From NCBI GenBank assembly GCA_963775425.1, contig CAVZJB010000011.1, positions 672,001 to 736,000 of the forward strand: a stretch of 64,000 nt of DNA, written 5' to 3'. Source of the DNA: an uncultured delta proteobacterium. Its GTDB lineage: Bacteria; Myxococcota; UBA727; VGSZ01. The position numbers were made by a program, and so were the translations under genes. Numbering within the stretch: the first letter of the stretch is position 1; every line of letters starts with the position of its first letter. Shown here piece after piece: positions 44,470 through 54,513 of this stretch. Under the pieces are notes generated by a model. The model was not told the origin of the DNA. It made no database searches and worked only from the letters and a program-made list of their open reading frames with translations.

Positions 44470-44496
44470 GCGACCGCGACGGCGGTCGTCACCCGC

Positions 44497-45126
44497 TCAG
44501 CTCCTGAGGACGCCGAGCAGGAACATGCCCGCGAGGAAGACGGCGACCGCCGCGACCACGATGAGCGCGCGGGGATTCACACCGCGTGGCCTCCACGTCG
44601 CCGCCGGAGCGTTGCCGTCGACGCCGAAGGACGCGCACAGGCGAAACAGGGGCGCCGTCGACGACGGGTGCAACAGGTCGAGCACGCCGGCGGCGTCGCC
44701 GGCGTCGCGGGCGGCGTCGTAGCGCGCGAGGTCGTCGGCCGAGATCTCGTCGCGCAGCAGGGCCGGCCACGCCCCGCGGGGCTCGTCGAAGAAGAACGCG
44801 TTCTCCCACGGCTGCGCGGTCCCCTCCACGGTGCGCCAGCCGCCCTGGTCGCGCGCGTACGCGAGCCGGCGCACCAGCTTCTCGCCTTCGTACGCGTCGA
44901 GCGCGTAGGTGTCCGCGTTGGTCTGTGCGAGGAAGCCGACGCACGCGCCGCCCGTCTCCCGCGCGAGCGAGGCGGCGAGCGCGGGGACGCCGTCACCGGC
45001 GCCGGTCTCGACGAGCACGAAGGGCGGCGTGTCGGTGCGCGCGGTGTGTACGCCGAGCCGGCGGGCGGCGTCCCAGAACGCGGCGCTGCCGTGCGTCTCG
45101 GCGATGACGCCGGCCCAGGTGCTCAC
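44497..45126 (-). CDS. Hypothetical protein with C-terminal TM anchor
   Basis: Protein-like frame VSTWAGV...GFLAQTNAD...QPWENAFFF...ALIVVAAVAVFLAGMFLLG; start uncertain. Confidence 0.6.
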   Translation of the reverse strand: MSTWAGVIAETHGSAAFWDAARRLGVHTARTDTPPFVLVETGAGDGVPALAASLARETGGACVGFLAQTNADTYALDAYEGEKLVRRLAYARDQGGWRTVEGTAQPWENAFFFDEPRGAWPALLRDEISADDLARYDAARDAGDAAGVLDLLHPSSTAPLFRLCASFGVDGNAPAATWRPRGVNPRALIVVAAVAVFLAGMFLLGVLRS

Positions 45127-45408
45127 GCGTCCGCCGTGCGGTGGCGGCGGGCGCAGGGGCAGGCGGCGTTTGGACAGCGCATCGCCCACGACCCTCCGCC
45201 GTTCGATCGCCGCGGACAACCTCCCGTGCGTGATCAGGGTCGCTTCGACGCCGCGCCCTCCCCAAGAACGACCGGTGCGCGCGAAGACGAACGCGCGCGT
45301 GACGACGTCGATCGCACGGCTGCGCCCGAGGGTTTCGATTGCGCGGGCACACGCGCGGAAGCAGCGTACGCGCGCCGGCACTCTCGCCGGCCCAACAGGG
45401 GGAACACC

Positions 45409-45702
45409 ATGCGCGTGATGATGCGAGTGAAGATGCAGATCGACGCCGGCAACAAGGCGATCAAGGACGGCAGCATGCAGAGGTCGATCGGGGCTTTCCT
45501 GGAGCAGGCGAAGCCCGAGGCGACGTACTTCACGCTCGAGGGGGGGCGCCGGACCGCCTACTACGTCTTCGACATGAAGGACGCCTCGATGATGCCGCAG
45601 CTCGCGGAGCCGTTCTTCAGCATGCTCAACGCGGAGATCGATGTCTCCCCCGTGATGAACATGAACGAGCTGAAGGCCGGGCTCGAGAAGCTGCCGCGTT
45701 GA
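45409..45702 (+). CDS. Small conserved GYD/DUF3303-like protein
   Basis: MRVMMRVKMQIDAGNKAIKDG...KPEATYF...GRRTAYYVFDM...PVMN; GGGGG SD. Confidence 0.8.
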   Translation: MRVMMRVKMQIDAGNKAIKDGSMQRSIGAFLEQAKPEATYFTLEGGRRTAYYVFDMKDASMMPQLAEPFFSMLNAEIDVSPVMNMNELKAGLEKLPR

Positions 45703-45744
45703 TCGAAGCAGCTCGCGCGCGGGCCTGCCCGCGCGCGAGCGACG

Positions 45745-46362
45745 TCAGGGCGCCACGGCGAACGTGGCCGTCTCCACCTCGGCGCCCGCCTCGGTGAGGA
45801 CGCGGGCGGCCTCGGCGAGCGTGGCGCCGGTGGTGCGCACGTCGTCGACGAGCAGCAGGCGCTTGCCGGCGAAGCTCCGGCGCGCGCGAAAGCGTCCGGC
45901 GACCGCGGTGGCGCGCGCGGCCTTGTCCGCGCCGAAGGAGAGCGGCTCGTCGTTGCGCGCGCACACGAGCGCGTCGACGACGGGTGCGCCCGCGGCGCGG
46001 GAAAGCGCCTGGGCGAGCACGGCGGGGAGATCGAAGCCGCGCGCGACGCGGCGCCGGTAGGGCGCCGGGACGAACGCGATCGCGCCGACGCTCGGGAGCG
46101 CGGGGCACGCGCCGGCCGCCAGGCGCGCCGTCCAGAAGCGCGCGAGGGCTTCGGCGACGCCGGCGTCCGGACGGAACTTCGCGGCGCGCACCGCGTCGGC
46201 GACGGCGCCGCCGAACATCGCGCACGCGATGGACGTCGTCGGCGGAGGCTCGACGCTCTCGAGGCATCGCGCGCACAGGATGCTCGAGGTGGGGCCGTCG
46301 CAGGCCGCGCACGCGGGCGGCACGAGGGCGTCGACGAGATCGCGCGCGAGCGACGGCTTCAC
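45745..46362 (-). CDS. comF: ComF family amidophosphoribosyltransferase-like competence protein
   Basis: CAAC..LCARC zinc ribbon, RRVARGFD, LLVDDVRTTGATL. Confidence 0.88.
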   Translation of the reverse strand: MKPSLARDLVDALVPPACAACDGPTSSILCARCLESVEPPPTTSIACAMFGGAVADAVRAAKFRPDAGVAEALARFWTARLAAGACPALPSVGAIAFVPAPYRRRVARGFDLPAVLAQALSRAAGAPVVDALVCARNDEPLSFGADKAARATAVAGRFRARRSFAGKRLLLVDDVRTTGATLAEAARVLTEAGAEVETATFAVAP

Positions 46363-46440
46363 GGCCGCAGCGTAGGACAGCCGCGCGCGACCAGGCGAGG
46401 ATCCTCGCCGCCGCCCCGTTGGGCGCCGGCGGCGCGCGCA

Positions 46441-46998
46441 TCAGCCGCCGAGCATGTGCTTCTTCAGGTCGCCCTGCACCGGCTTGGCGCCGAGCCAGAC
46501 CTTCATCAACGCGCGGTTGAATTCGTCTCCTTCGATGGTGCCGATGGCCTTTCCGTTCAGCCCGACGGCGGTGCTCCCGCCGACGAAGTCGATGGTGATG
46601 ACGTCGCCCTTCTTCGTCTCACCGATGCGGTTCATGATGTCGTTCAGTTGAGCGCGCTGGTCCTTGACCGCCGCCAGCTCGGCGGGGGCGTTGTTGGCCT
46701 CGATCCCCTTGTTGAGCGCGTCGATGAGGGTCTGCGCGCTGAGCGTGCGAACCATGTTCATCTGCACGCGTCGGGGCGCCTTGGCGAGCACGCCTTCGAT
46801 GGTGTTGGTCTTCTCCGGGACGTAGAGGCTCGCGACGTAGACCTTGGCGATGAACATCGAGCGCGTGCCCGCGCCGTTCAACACGAGGCTGTGGCCACCG
46901 ACCGTGGCCGTGTCTTCGACGTTCACGCCGCTCACGTTGCGGGCGAGCGCGGGGACGGAGAGCAAAGCGAGCGCCAGAATTGCGGATGTGCGGAACAT
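46441..46998 (-). CDS. Chalcone isomerase-like periplasmic protein
   Basis: Signal peptide, LVLNGAGTRSMFIAKVYVASLY, VWLGAKPVQGDLKKHMLG. Confidence 0.88.
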   Translation of the reverse strand: MFRTSAILALALLSVPALARNVSGVNVEDTATVGGHSLVLNGAGTRSMFIAKVYVASLYVPEKTNTIEGVLAKAPRRVQMNMVRTLSAQTLIDALNKGIEANNAPAELAAVKDQRAQLNDIMNRIGETKKGDVITIDFVGGSTAVGLNGKAIGTIEGDEFNRALMKVWLGAKPVQGDLKKHMLGG

Positions 46999-47149
46999 GG
47001 GGAGTCTCCTCGGGCGGAGCCGGCGGGAGCTGTTCCGCGTCGCTCCCCCCTCGACGTCGAGATAACGTCGCCGCCCCTGAGCGCCTTGTTCGAGCGCGCC
47101 GAGAGCGCGTCGGCCGGCGCCAAGCGCGGCCGCTCCCTCCGGTCGCTGA

Positions 47150-48547
47150 TCAGAAGCGGACGGTGGTGGCGAGCCAGACGTCGTGCGTGATGAGCTGGTC
47201 GGTGCGGGCGGAGCCGGCGCCGGTGAACGGCGGGTCCTGCATCTTGAGGGTGTACCGCAGCGACAGGATGCCGTTGTTGCGCCAGTAGAAGAAGTGCAGG
47301 GCGGCGCGGGCGTCGACCTCGTTGCGCTCGCGGCGCAGGTCGGTCTCGAGCTTGGCCGGCGGCGCGCTGACCTTGATGGCGTTGTTGGTGAGCTGCTGGA
47401 GCGCGCCGAAGTCGGTGGTGTCGAACTGGCCGAAGTCGGCCGCGAAGAAGAGCCAGTTGGGGATGAGCAGGACGCCGGCGAGGACGTCGTACGCGTTCTG
47501 CACCTGGCCGAAGTTGAGCTCGGCCTTGCTGTAATCCTCGACCATGAGCTCGAAGCGGCCCCAGCGAAGCACGGCCGCGACGTTGGCCGCGGGGAAGCGC
47601 TCCTGCGCGCGCTGCTCGTACTTCACGCCGGCGTTGATGCCGAGCGCGAGGGGGACGGGGCGGTTCAGGAAGGGGGAGTCGAAGCGGTCGTAGTAGCCGA
47701 TGGGCGAAGCCTGCAACTGCACGCCACCGGTGTACGTGAAGCTCCGGTTGTTGAACGTGATGCGCTGCCCACCGACGTTGCCGGTGCCCTGGCCGGAGCC
47801 GCCGCCCGCGAAGACGCGGTAGCGGAGCACGTGGGAGTACAGCGGCCCGTGGACCTCGACGGCCGCGCCGTTGCCCTGCTCGAACGCGTTGGTCATCCAG
47901 AACGCGGGCTCGAGGAGCGGCTGCTTGGCGGAGCTGATGATCAGGGCGTTGCTCAGCGAGCCGCCGCCGCTGTTGATGTTCACGTAGTGGCCGCCGCCGA
48001 GCGGCACCTGGAACATGGCGAAGCTGATGCGCGGCGACAGCTCCGTGCGCACGTTGATGAGGAAGAAGCTGTTGTCGAGGAGCGGCAACTGGCCGAACGC
48101 CCGCAACTGGAGCGTCTTCAACTGCGTGTCGGTCTTGCCGTCGTATTGCGCGTCGGAGCCGGTGTTGTCGTAGCTGAAGTCCTGCAGCAGCACGCCGACG
48201 AGCCCGAAGCGCACGCTCGAAAAGCCGATGTCGTCGCCGCTGTCGCCGTGCTCGGTGTCCGGCGGGATCAGGAGCGGCGCGAGCTTGGGCGCCGGCAACG
48301 CCCGCGGCGCCTCGGCCGTGCCCGCGTCGGGCGCGGTGCCCTCCGGCGGCGGCGCCGGCTGGTCGTCGGGCGGCGGCGCCGGCTGGTCGTCGAGCGGCGG
48401 CGCCGGCGACCCCACCGTCTCCGCCGGCGGCCGCTTGTCCGTGGGCGCGGCCGCGTCGGTGTCGGCGGCGTGGGCCGCCGCCGCGGCGAGCGCGATGGAG
48501 GCGACGACGACGAGCGAGCCGGACGGGGTGCGGGTGGAGTGACGCAT
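47150..48547 (-). CDS. Putative outer-membrane beta-barrel (porin O/P-like), paralogue 2
   Basis: Signal peptide, Pro-rich linker, amphipathic strands, terminal Phe (TTVRF); strongly similar to 48550-50211. Confidence 0.75.
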   Translation of the reverse strand: MRHSTRTPSGSLVVVASIALAAAAAHAADTDAAAPTDKRPPAETVGSPAPPLDDQPAPPPDDQPAPPPEGTAPDAGTAEAPRALPAPKLAPLLIPPDTEHGDSGDDIGFSSVRFGLVGVLLQDFSYDNTGSDAQYDGKTDTQLKTLQLRAFGQLPLLDNSFFLINVRTELSPRISFAMFQVPLGGGHYVNINSGGGSLSNALIISSAKQPLLEPAFWMTNAFEQGNGAAVEVHGPLYSHVLRYRVFAGGGSGQGTGNVGGQRITFNNRSFTYTGGVQLQASPIGYYDRFDSPFLNRPVPLALGINAGVKYEQRAQERFPAANVAAVLRWGRFELMVEDYSKAELNFGQVQNAYDVLAGVLLIPNWLFFAADFGQFDTTDFGALQQLTNNAIKVSAPPAKLETDLRRERNEVDARAALHFFYWRNNGILSLRYTLKMQDPPFTGAGSARTDQLITHDVWLATTVRF

Positions 48548-48549
48548 GG

Positions 48550-50211
48550 TCAGAACCGGAACTGGGCCGAGAGCCAGCCGGTGTGGGTGACGATGGGGTC
48601 CTTGCGGCCGGAGTCCGCGCCGGCGAGGGCCGGGTCGAGGAGCTGCAGCGTGTAGCGCGTGGAGAGCACGCCGTTGTTTCGCCAGAAGTAGAAGTGCAGC
48701 GCCGCCCGCAGATCGGTCTCGCCGCGCTCCGTCCTGAGCGCCGCGCCGAGCGACTTGGGCGGGTCCTGCACGGCGACGGCGCCGCCGGTGGCGTCGGAGA
48801 GCGCGCCGAAGCCGGACGTGTAGAACTGGCCGCCGTCGACGGCGAGGAACAGCCACTCGGGGATGATGAGCACGCCGAGCGTGACGTCGTACGCGTTCTG
48901 GATCGCGCCGAAGTTCAGCTCGGCCTTGGCGTAGTCCTCGGCCGAGATCTCGAAGCGCCCCCAGCGCAGCGCGAACAGGCCGTTCACCGCGGGGAAGCGC
49001 TCCTGCTCGCGCTGCTCGTACTTGGCGCCGCCGACGATGCCCACGGCGAGCGGCGACTCCTTGTAGAGGTACGGCGAGTCGAAGCGGTCGTACTTGCCGA
49101 CCGGCGACGCCTGGAGCTGCGCGCCGAGCGTGTACGTGTAGTTGAGATCGGTGAACTGGAAGTGGCGGTTGCCGACGTTGCCCGACGAGAACCCGGCGCC
49201 GCCGCCGGCGAAGGCGCGGTAGCGCAAGGCGCCCGGCAACAGCGGCCCCGACACCTCGACGGCCGCGCTGTTGCCCGGCTCGAAGGCCGACAGCATCCAG
49301 AACGCGGGCTCGAGCAGCGGCTGCTTGGCCGCCGAGATGATGAGCGCGTTGCTCAACGATCCCCCGCCGGTGTTGATGTTCAGGTAGTGCCCGCCGCCGA
49401 GCGGCACCTGGAACATCGCGTAGGTGAGGCGCGGCGAGACGTCGCCGCGGATGCTGACGAGGAAGTAGCTGTCCTCGAGGAGCGGCAACTGTCCGAACGC
49501 GCGCAACTGCAGGAGGTTCACGTGCGCGTCCATGGCGAGCGCGTATTTCTTGGGATCCTGGAGGTTGTCGTACGAGGAGTCCTGCACGACGCCGGCGACG
49601 ACGCCGAAGCGCACCCCGACGAAGCCGATGCCGTCGTTGCTGTCGGCGGCCTCGACGCCCGGCGCGAGCTGCATCGCGGTGGGCGCGTTGCCCCCCTCGG
49701 CGGCGGCGGCGCTGTCGCCGTTGCCGTCGACGGGGCCCTTCCACGAGCCGCGGCAGACGGCGAAGCGCTGGCAGCCGGAGTCGTCGCAGTCGGTGACGCC
49801 GTCCTTGTCGTTGTCGATCCAGTCCGAGCAGCGCTCCGGGGTGTCCTCGGCCTTGCCGTCGGCCTTGCAGACGGGATCTTCGTGGCAGTCGAAGTCGCCG
49901 CAGTCGGTGACGAGGTCGCCGTCGTTGTCGACGCCGTCGCTGCAGTTGGTCTCGTGCTTCTCCTTTGCCGGCGTCGCCTCCGCGGCGGGGGGCGGCGGCG
50001 GCGGGGGCGCGTCGCTCGTCGCCGGCGGCGCCGCCGCGCTCGCGTCGGGGGCGTCCGGCGCGTCGGTGGCAGCCGCGTCGGCCGCGCCGCTCGCGTCGTC
50101 CGCGGGTGGCGGCGGCGGCGGGACGCCGGCGCCTTGCGCCTGCGCGGCGGTGGCCAGGCACGCGGCGAAGGCCAGCGCGAGCGCGGGCAGGACGGGGGGG
50201 ACGCGGGTCAT
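48550..50211 (-). CDS. Putative outer-membrane beta-barrel with two N-terminal CxDxxDNDxD..DCxD repeats, paralogue 1
   Basis: Signal peptide, CSDGVDNDGDLVTDCGDFDC and CSDWIDNDKDGVTDCDDSGC, barrel ending SAQFRF; ATGA overlap. Confidence 0.78.
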   Translation of the reverse strand: MTRVPPVLPALALAFAACLATAAQAQGAGVPPPPPPADDASGAADAAATDAPDAPDASAAAPPATSDAPPPPPPPAAEATPAKEKHETNCSDGVDNDGDLVTDCGDFDCHEDPVCKADGKAEDTPERCSDWIDNDKDGVTDCDDSGCQRFAVCRGSWKGPVDGNGDSAAAAEGGNAPTAMQLAPGVEAADSNDGIGFVGVRFGVVAGVVQDSSYDNLQDPKKYALAMDAHVNLLQLRAFGQLPLLEDSYFLVSIRGDVSPRLTYAMFQVPLGGGHYLNINTGGGSLSNALIISAAKQPLLEPAFWMLSAFEPGNSAAVEVSGPLLPGALRYRAFAGGGAGFSSGNVGNRHFQFTDLNYTYTLGAQLQASPVGKYDRFDSPYLYKESPLAVGIVGGAKYEQREQERFPAVNGLFALRWGRFEISAEDYAKAELNFGAIQNAYDVTLGVLIIPEWLFLAVDGGQFYTSGFGALSDATGGAVAVQDPPKSLGAALRTERGETDLRAALHFYFWRNNGVLSTRYTLQLLDPALAGADSGRKDPIVTHTGWLSAQFRF

Positions 50212-51458
50212 TGGAACGCTCCTTGGCAGGGCTTGGGCTTGTTCGCGCACGCCGTCACCGCGGGGTTCCACGCGCAGTCCCAGTCGTCGCAGTCGATGAA
50301 TCCGTCGCCGTCGTTGTCGATGCCGTCGTTGCAGTTTTGGGGGTCGACGCTCTCCTGGCACGCCACGGCAACGGCGGGATCGGAGCTGTTGCGGCAAGAG
50401 AAGTCCTCGCAGTCGGTGAACCCGTTGCCGTCGTTGTCGATGCCGTCCTTGCACTTGGCGAACGTGTTCTCGAGGATGGCCGCGCAGTGGGCCACGGCCT
50501 CCGGCGACGCGCCGCTCGTGTCCTTGGAGCAGGAGAAGTCGTCGCAGTCGATGAAGCCGTTGTCGTCGTTGTCGATGCCGTCGGTGCAGTCGGCGAGCGA
50601 GTGCTCCTGGGGCAGGTTGTTGCAGAAGTCCAGGATGGACTGGTCCGTGGACCGCGAGCAGGAGAAGTCGTCGCAGTCCGTGAAGCCGTTGTTGTCGTCG
50701 TCGATGCCGTTGCTGCACTTGTCGAGCGTGTCCTCCGCGTGCTGCTGGCAGAAGGCGATGGCGTCGGCGCTCGCGCCGCGCGAAGCGTCGGTGCAACTGA
50801 AGTCGTTGCAGTCGATGAAGTTGTCGCCGTCGTTGTCGCAGCCGTCGGTGCACGCCTGCAGCGACCCTTCGACCTGTTGCTGCACGCAGGGCTTCTTGCA
50901 GAAGTCGAAGTCCGCGCAGGTGGGGTCGTCGCAGTCCGTGAGGCCGTCGCCGTCGTTGTCCTTCTTGTCGCTGCAGGTCTTCTCGGTGCGCTCGTCGCAC
51001 ACGGTGACGAACAGCCCGTTGCTGCAGGCGAAGTCGTCGCAGTCGGCGAAGCCGTTGCCGTCGTTGTCGATGCCGTCGCTGCAGCTCACGTCGTCGAACT
51101 CCAGCGAGCAGCAGGTCTCGTGGATGTCCTGGCAGGAGGTCTCGTTGCAGTCGAACGAGCCGTCGCCGTCGTTGTCGATGCCGTCGATGCAGAGGTCGTA
51201 GGTGTTCTCCGACGGCACCTCGTCCACCAGCGGGGGCACCACCTGTCCGCACACGTTGGTGTTGATCCAGCAGTCCGGGTCTTCGCAGTCGATGGCGCCG
51301 TCGCCGTCGTCGTCGAGGCCGTTGTTGCAGGCGATGGGATCGCGCTCGTAGCCGAGCACGGGGTTGGTCACGACGTACTCGCACGCCGCGAGGGCGGCGA
51401 GCGCCACGACGGCGAGCGCCCCGCGGGCGACGCGGCCGTCGACGATGCTGCGGGTCAT
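50208..51458 (-). CDS. Lipoprotein with nine Cys/Asp-rich putative Ca2+-binding repeats
   Basis: Lipobox LAA-C; nine copies of C-x-(D/N)-G-x-D-(N/D)-D-x-(D/N)-G-x-x-D-C-x-D-x-x-C-like units; ATGA overlaps at both ends. Confidence 0.85.
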   Translation of the reverse strand: MTRSIVDGRVARGALAVVALAALAACEYVVTNPVLGYERDPIACNNGLDDDGDGAIDCEDPDCWINTNVCGQVVPPLVDEVPSENTYDLCIDGIDNDGDGSFDCNETSCQDIHETCCSLEFDDVSCSDGIDNDGNGFADCDDFACSNGLFVTVCDERTEKTCSDKKDNDGDGLTDCDDPTCADFDFCKKPCVQQQVEGSLQACTDGCDNDGDNFIDCNDFSCTDASRGASADAIAFCQQHAEDTLDKCSNGIDDDNNGFTDCDDFSCSRSTDQSILDFCNNLPQEHSLADCTDGIDNDDNGFIDCDDFSCSKDTSGASPEAVAHCAAILENTFAKCKDGIDNDGNGFTDCEDFSCRNSSDPAVAVACQESVDPQNCNDGIDNDGDGFIDCDDWDCAWNPAVTACANKPKPCQGAFQ

Positions 51459-52447
51459 CGGAGGCACGCCGCGCGATCGCCGCCGTAGCGGCGGCGGAAG
51501 TCGACGTAGACGAAGCAGGAGTCGACGTCGGTGCCGCTCACCGCGAGCTTCTGATCTCCCTGCGCGCGCCTGGCGGCGTCGAGGAGGGCCTGCACCTTGT
51601 CCTTCGTGAGCGCCGCGGGCCGCGTGGCCTCGAAGATGAAGTAGTCGGCCGCGGTGGCCTCGGGGCTGCGGTCGACGAGGTCCACGACGTCCCGCACCAC
51701 GGCGCGGGCGACGTCGTCGGGGAGCCCCTCGAGGGCGGGGGCCGCCGCCGCGTCCGCGCGCAGCGTCTCCAGGTTCTGCGTCTGGTCCGCCGGCGTGGGC
51801 TGCGGCTCCTTTTCACAGATGGTCTGGCACTCGGTGTAGTTGTCCGTGTGGAGCCACTTCTTGGTGTGCGCGTCGAACGTGGAGATGAGGCGGTTGTACG
51901 TCTTCCCGTCCTTGCCGCCGCCCTCGCTGGCGCTGTGGATGGACGTCATCACGTAGTGCGGCACGCCGTGGGCCCACATGCCCCGCCGGTTCTCCATGGC
52001 CTCCCGCTGGGCGGCCATGAGGTCCGCGTCGCCGGGGCCCTTGACCGAGTAGGCGTGGGCGAGCCCCTTCACGATGAGGTCCCTCGCGAGGTCCTTGCAG
52101 AACAGGAGCAGGCGGCCGTAGCCGTCCTTCTTCCCGTCGGTGTCGCAGTGCCACACGCCGCGGCGCGCCTCGAGCGTGGCCAACTTGGCGTTCACGTACA
52201 GCTCGTGGGGGTTCCACGTGCCCCAACTGTGGACGCCGCCGTAGCTCTCGAGGGTGTTGTACCCGGCGAGGCGCGACTGCTGCCCCTTGAGTGGCCCCGC
52301 CTGCGGACGGAAGGAGTCACCGTCGTTGAAGTACACGGGCGTGGGGACGCCGTTGATGTAGACCTTGGTGAGCGGTTCCGCCCGCACGCCGCTCGCCGCG
52401 GCGAGTGCTGCGATGACGACGCCGGTGACGACGAGCGCGGTGCGCAA
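51455..52447 (-). CDS. Secreted thermonuclease (staphylococcal nuclease-like)
   Basis: GGAGGA SD + TTG, signal peptide, NDGDSF, RLAGYNTLE, DGYGRLL, LIVKGLA, AQREAMENRRGMW. Confidence 0.85.
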   Translation of the reverse strand: MRTALVVTGVVIAALAAASGVRAEPLTKVYINGVPTPVYFNDGDSFRPQAGPLKGQQSRLAGYNTLESYGGVHSWGTWNPHELYVNAKLATLEARRGVWHCDTDGKKDGYGRLLLFCKDLARDLIVKGLAHAYSVKGPGDADLMAAQREAMENRRGMWAHGVPHYVMTSIHSASEGGGKDGKTYNRLISTFDAHTKKWLHTDNYTECQTICEKEPQPTPADQTQNLETLRADAAAAPALEGLPDDVARAVVRDVVDLVDRSPEATAADYFIFEATRPAALTKDKVQALLDAARRAQGDQKLAVSGTDVDSCFVYVDFRRRYGGDRAACLR

Positions 52448-52491
52448 GAGATCCTCCTGGCCGACGGACAGCAAACGGTCCCCGCACGAAG

Positions 52492-54413
52492 GTGTCAACC
52501 ACCTTGCGCGAGATCCCTCGTTTCCTGGAGCATGAGACGATGCAGCAGCTCGCGCTCGACGCCGATCTCCTCCCGCGCGTGGTCCAGGCGCTCGGGCAAT
52601 CGCCGCTGTTCACGTCCATCAAAGCCGATGTGCTGGAGAAGGTGGCAGAGCGCGGCACCCTTTTGCAACTCGAGCCCGAGGAGATCTTCGTCGTCGAGGG
52701 CACCGAGAGCGACAGCTTTGGCGTCCTGCTCGCCGGCGAGCTCTCCGTGAACGTGCGCGGGCGCCGCGACGGCGACGGCGGCGACCTCATCGAGATCAGC
52801 AAGCTCCTCCCGCCCGACAGCGTCGGCGAGATGGGGCTGCTGCTCGGGCAGACCCGCACGGCCACGGTGAAGGCGGTGTCGCGCTCGCTCGTGATGCGCT
52901 TCGACCGCGAGACGTTCCAGGTGATGTACGAGCGCGTGCAGGGCTTCGGCTGGGGCATCTCGCGCGCGCTCGCCGCCCGCCTCGCGCAGGCCTCCCGGCA
53001 GATCCCGATGCCCGACGTCGACGTCGTCGCCTTCGACGCGGAGGTCATGGCGCTGCTGCCCGTGGAGTTCCTCACGCGGCACCGGGTGGTGCCGGTGAGC
53101 CAGGAGGGCAACCGCGTGAAGCTCGGCTTCGTCGACGACGCGAGCGCCCGGGTGCTCGAGCTCGCCCGCGAGCTGCTCCCCGGCATGGACCTCGTCCCGG
53201 TTCGCGTCGGCGCCGCCGTCTTCGAGCGCGCGCTCGCGAGCCACGCGGGCGTCCCGGGCTGGACCGCAGACCCGCGCAACCTCGCGCCCCCCGCCGACGC
53301 CGGCCTCGACGACACCCTCGGGTCGCCGCCGCAGAAGTCGTCGGCGCGCCTCGACGCGCTCCTGCGCCGCATGGTCGCCGAGGGCTGCTCGGACCTGCAT
53401 CTGTCGGGGGGCAGAAGCCGCGCTGGCGCGTCGACGGCGAGATGCAGGTCATGGCCGACGCCGCCGTGCTCGGCTTCGACGAGGTGAAGGACCTCCTGTG
53501 GCCGGTGATGGACGAGCGCGCCCGCCGGCTCTTCGAGGAGGACAGCGACGTCGACTTCGCCTACGCCCTCGCCGACGTCGCCCGCTTCCGCGTCAACGTC
53601 TTTCGCGACAAGGGCGGCACCGGCGCCGTCATGCGCCAGATCCCGGCCAAGATCATGACCTTCGAGCAGCTCGCCCTGCCGGCCGTCGTGCAGCGCATGT
53701 GCGAGCACCCAAAGGGGCTCGTGCTCGTCACGGGGCCCACCGGCTCGGGCAAGTCCACGACGCTGGCGGCGATGATCGACGCCATCAACAAGACCCGGCG
53801 CAGCCACATCATCACGCTCGAAGATCCCATCGAGTTCGTGCACAAAAGCGAGCTCAGCCTCGTGAACCAGCGCGAGGTGTTCGCGCACACCAGGAGCTTC
53901 GCGCGCGCGCTGAAGGCCGCGCTGCGCGAGGACCCCGACATCGTCCTGGTCGGCGAGATGCGCGACCTCGAGACCATCCAGCTCGCGCTGGAGACCGCCA
54001 ACACCGGCCACCTCGTGTTCGCCACGCTTCACACGTCTACGGCCATCAGCACCGTCGACCGCATCATCGACGTCTTCCCGCCGGCGCAGCAGGCGCAGGT
54101 GCGCGCCGTGCTCGCCGACACGCTGAAGGGCGTCGTCTCGCAGGCGCTGTGCAGGCGGATCGGCGGCGGGCGCGTGGCCGCGCTCGAGACCATGGTGGTC
54201 AACTACGCCATCGCCAACCTCATCCGCGAGGGCAAGACCCACCAGGTGACCTCGGCGATGACGACGTCCAAGGCCCAGGGCAACACGTTGCTGAACGAGT
54301 CGCTGGCGACGCTGGTGAACGAGAGCAAGGTCGAGCTCGCCGAGGCCATCAGCAAGGCCGTCGACAAAAACGACCTCTCCCGCCGCTGCGCCAAGACGAG
54401 CTCTGCGGCCTAG
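52492..54413 (+). CDS. pilT: cNMP-binding / T2SSE_N / PilT-type ATPase fusion; frameshift in G-run 53406-53411
   Basis: cNMP motif VGEMGLLLGQTRTATVKA; LLPVEFLTRHRVVPV; SDLHLS; after +1 correction KPRWRVDGEM, GPTGSGKSTT, LREDPDIVLVGEMRD, ATLHT, AIANLIRE. Confidence 0.85.
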
Positions 54414-54513
54414 GAACACCGATCAGGTTGCCGCGAGCGTAGGGACGCGGCTCAGCGTGATGGGCGAGCGGGGAGCGCTCACGTGTACGGCGAGCGCGTG
54501 TGGCGCAGGGCCG

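Noticed and set aside
50208-51458. Regularly spaced gtcgttgtcgatgccgtc repeats as a CRISPR/DGR-like array
   Set aside because: Explained by coding DGIDNDG repeats with synonymous variation; no RT or cas gene present.
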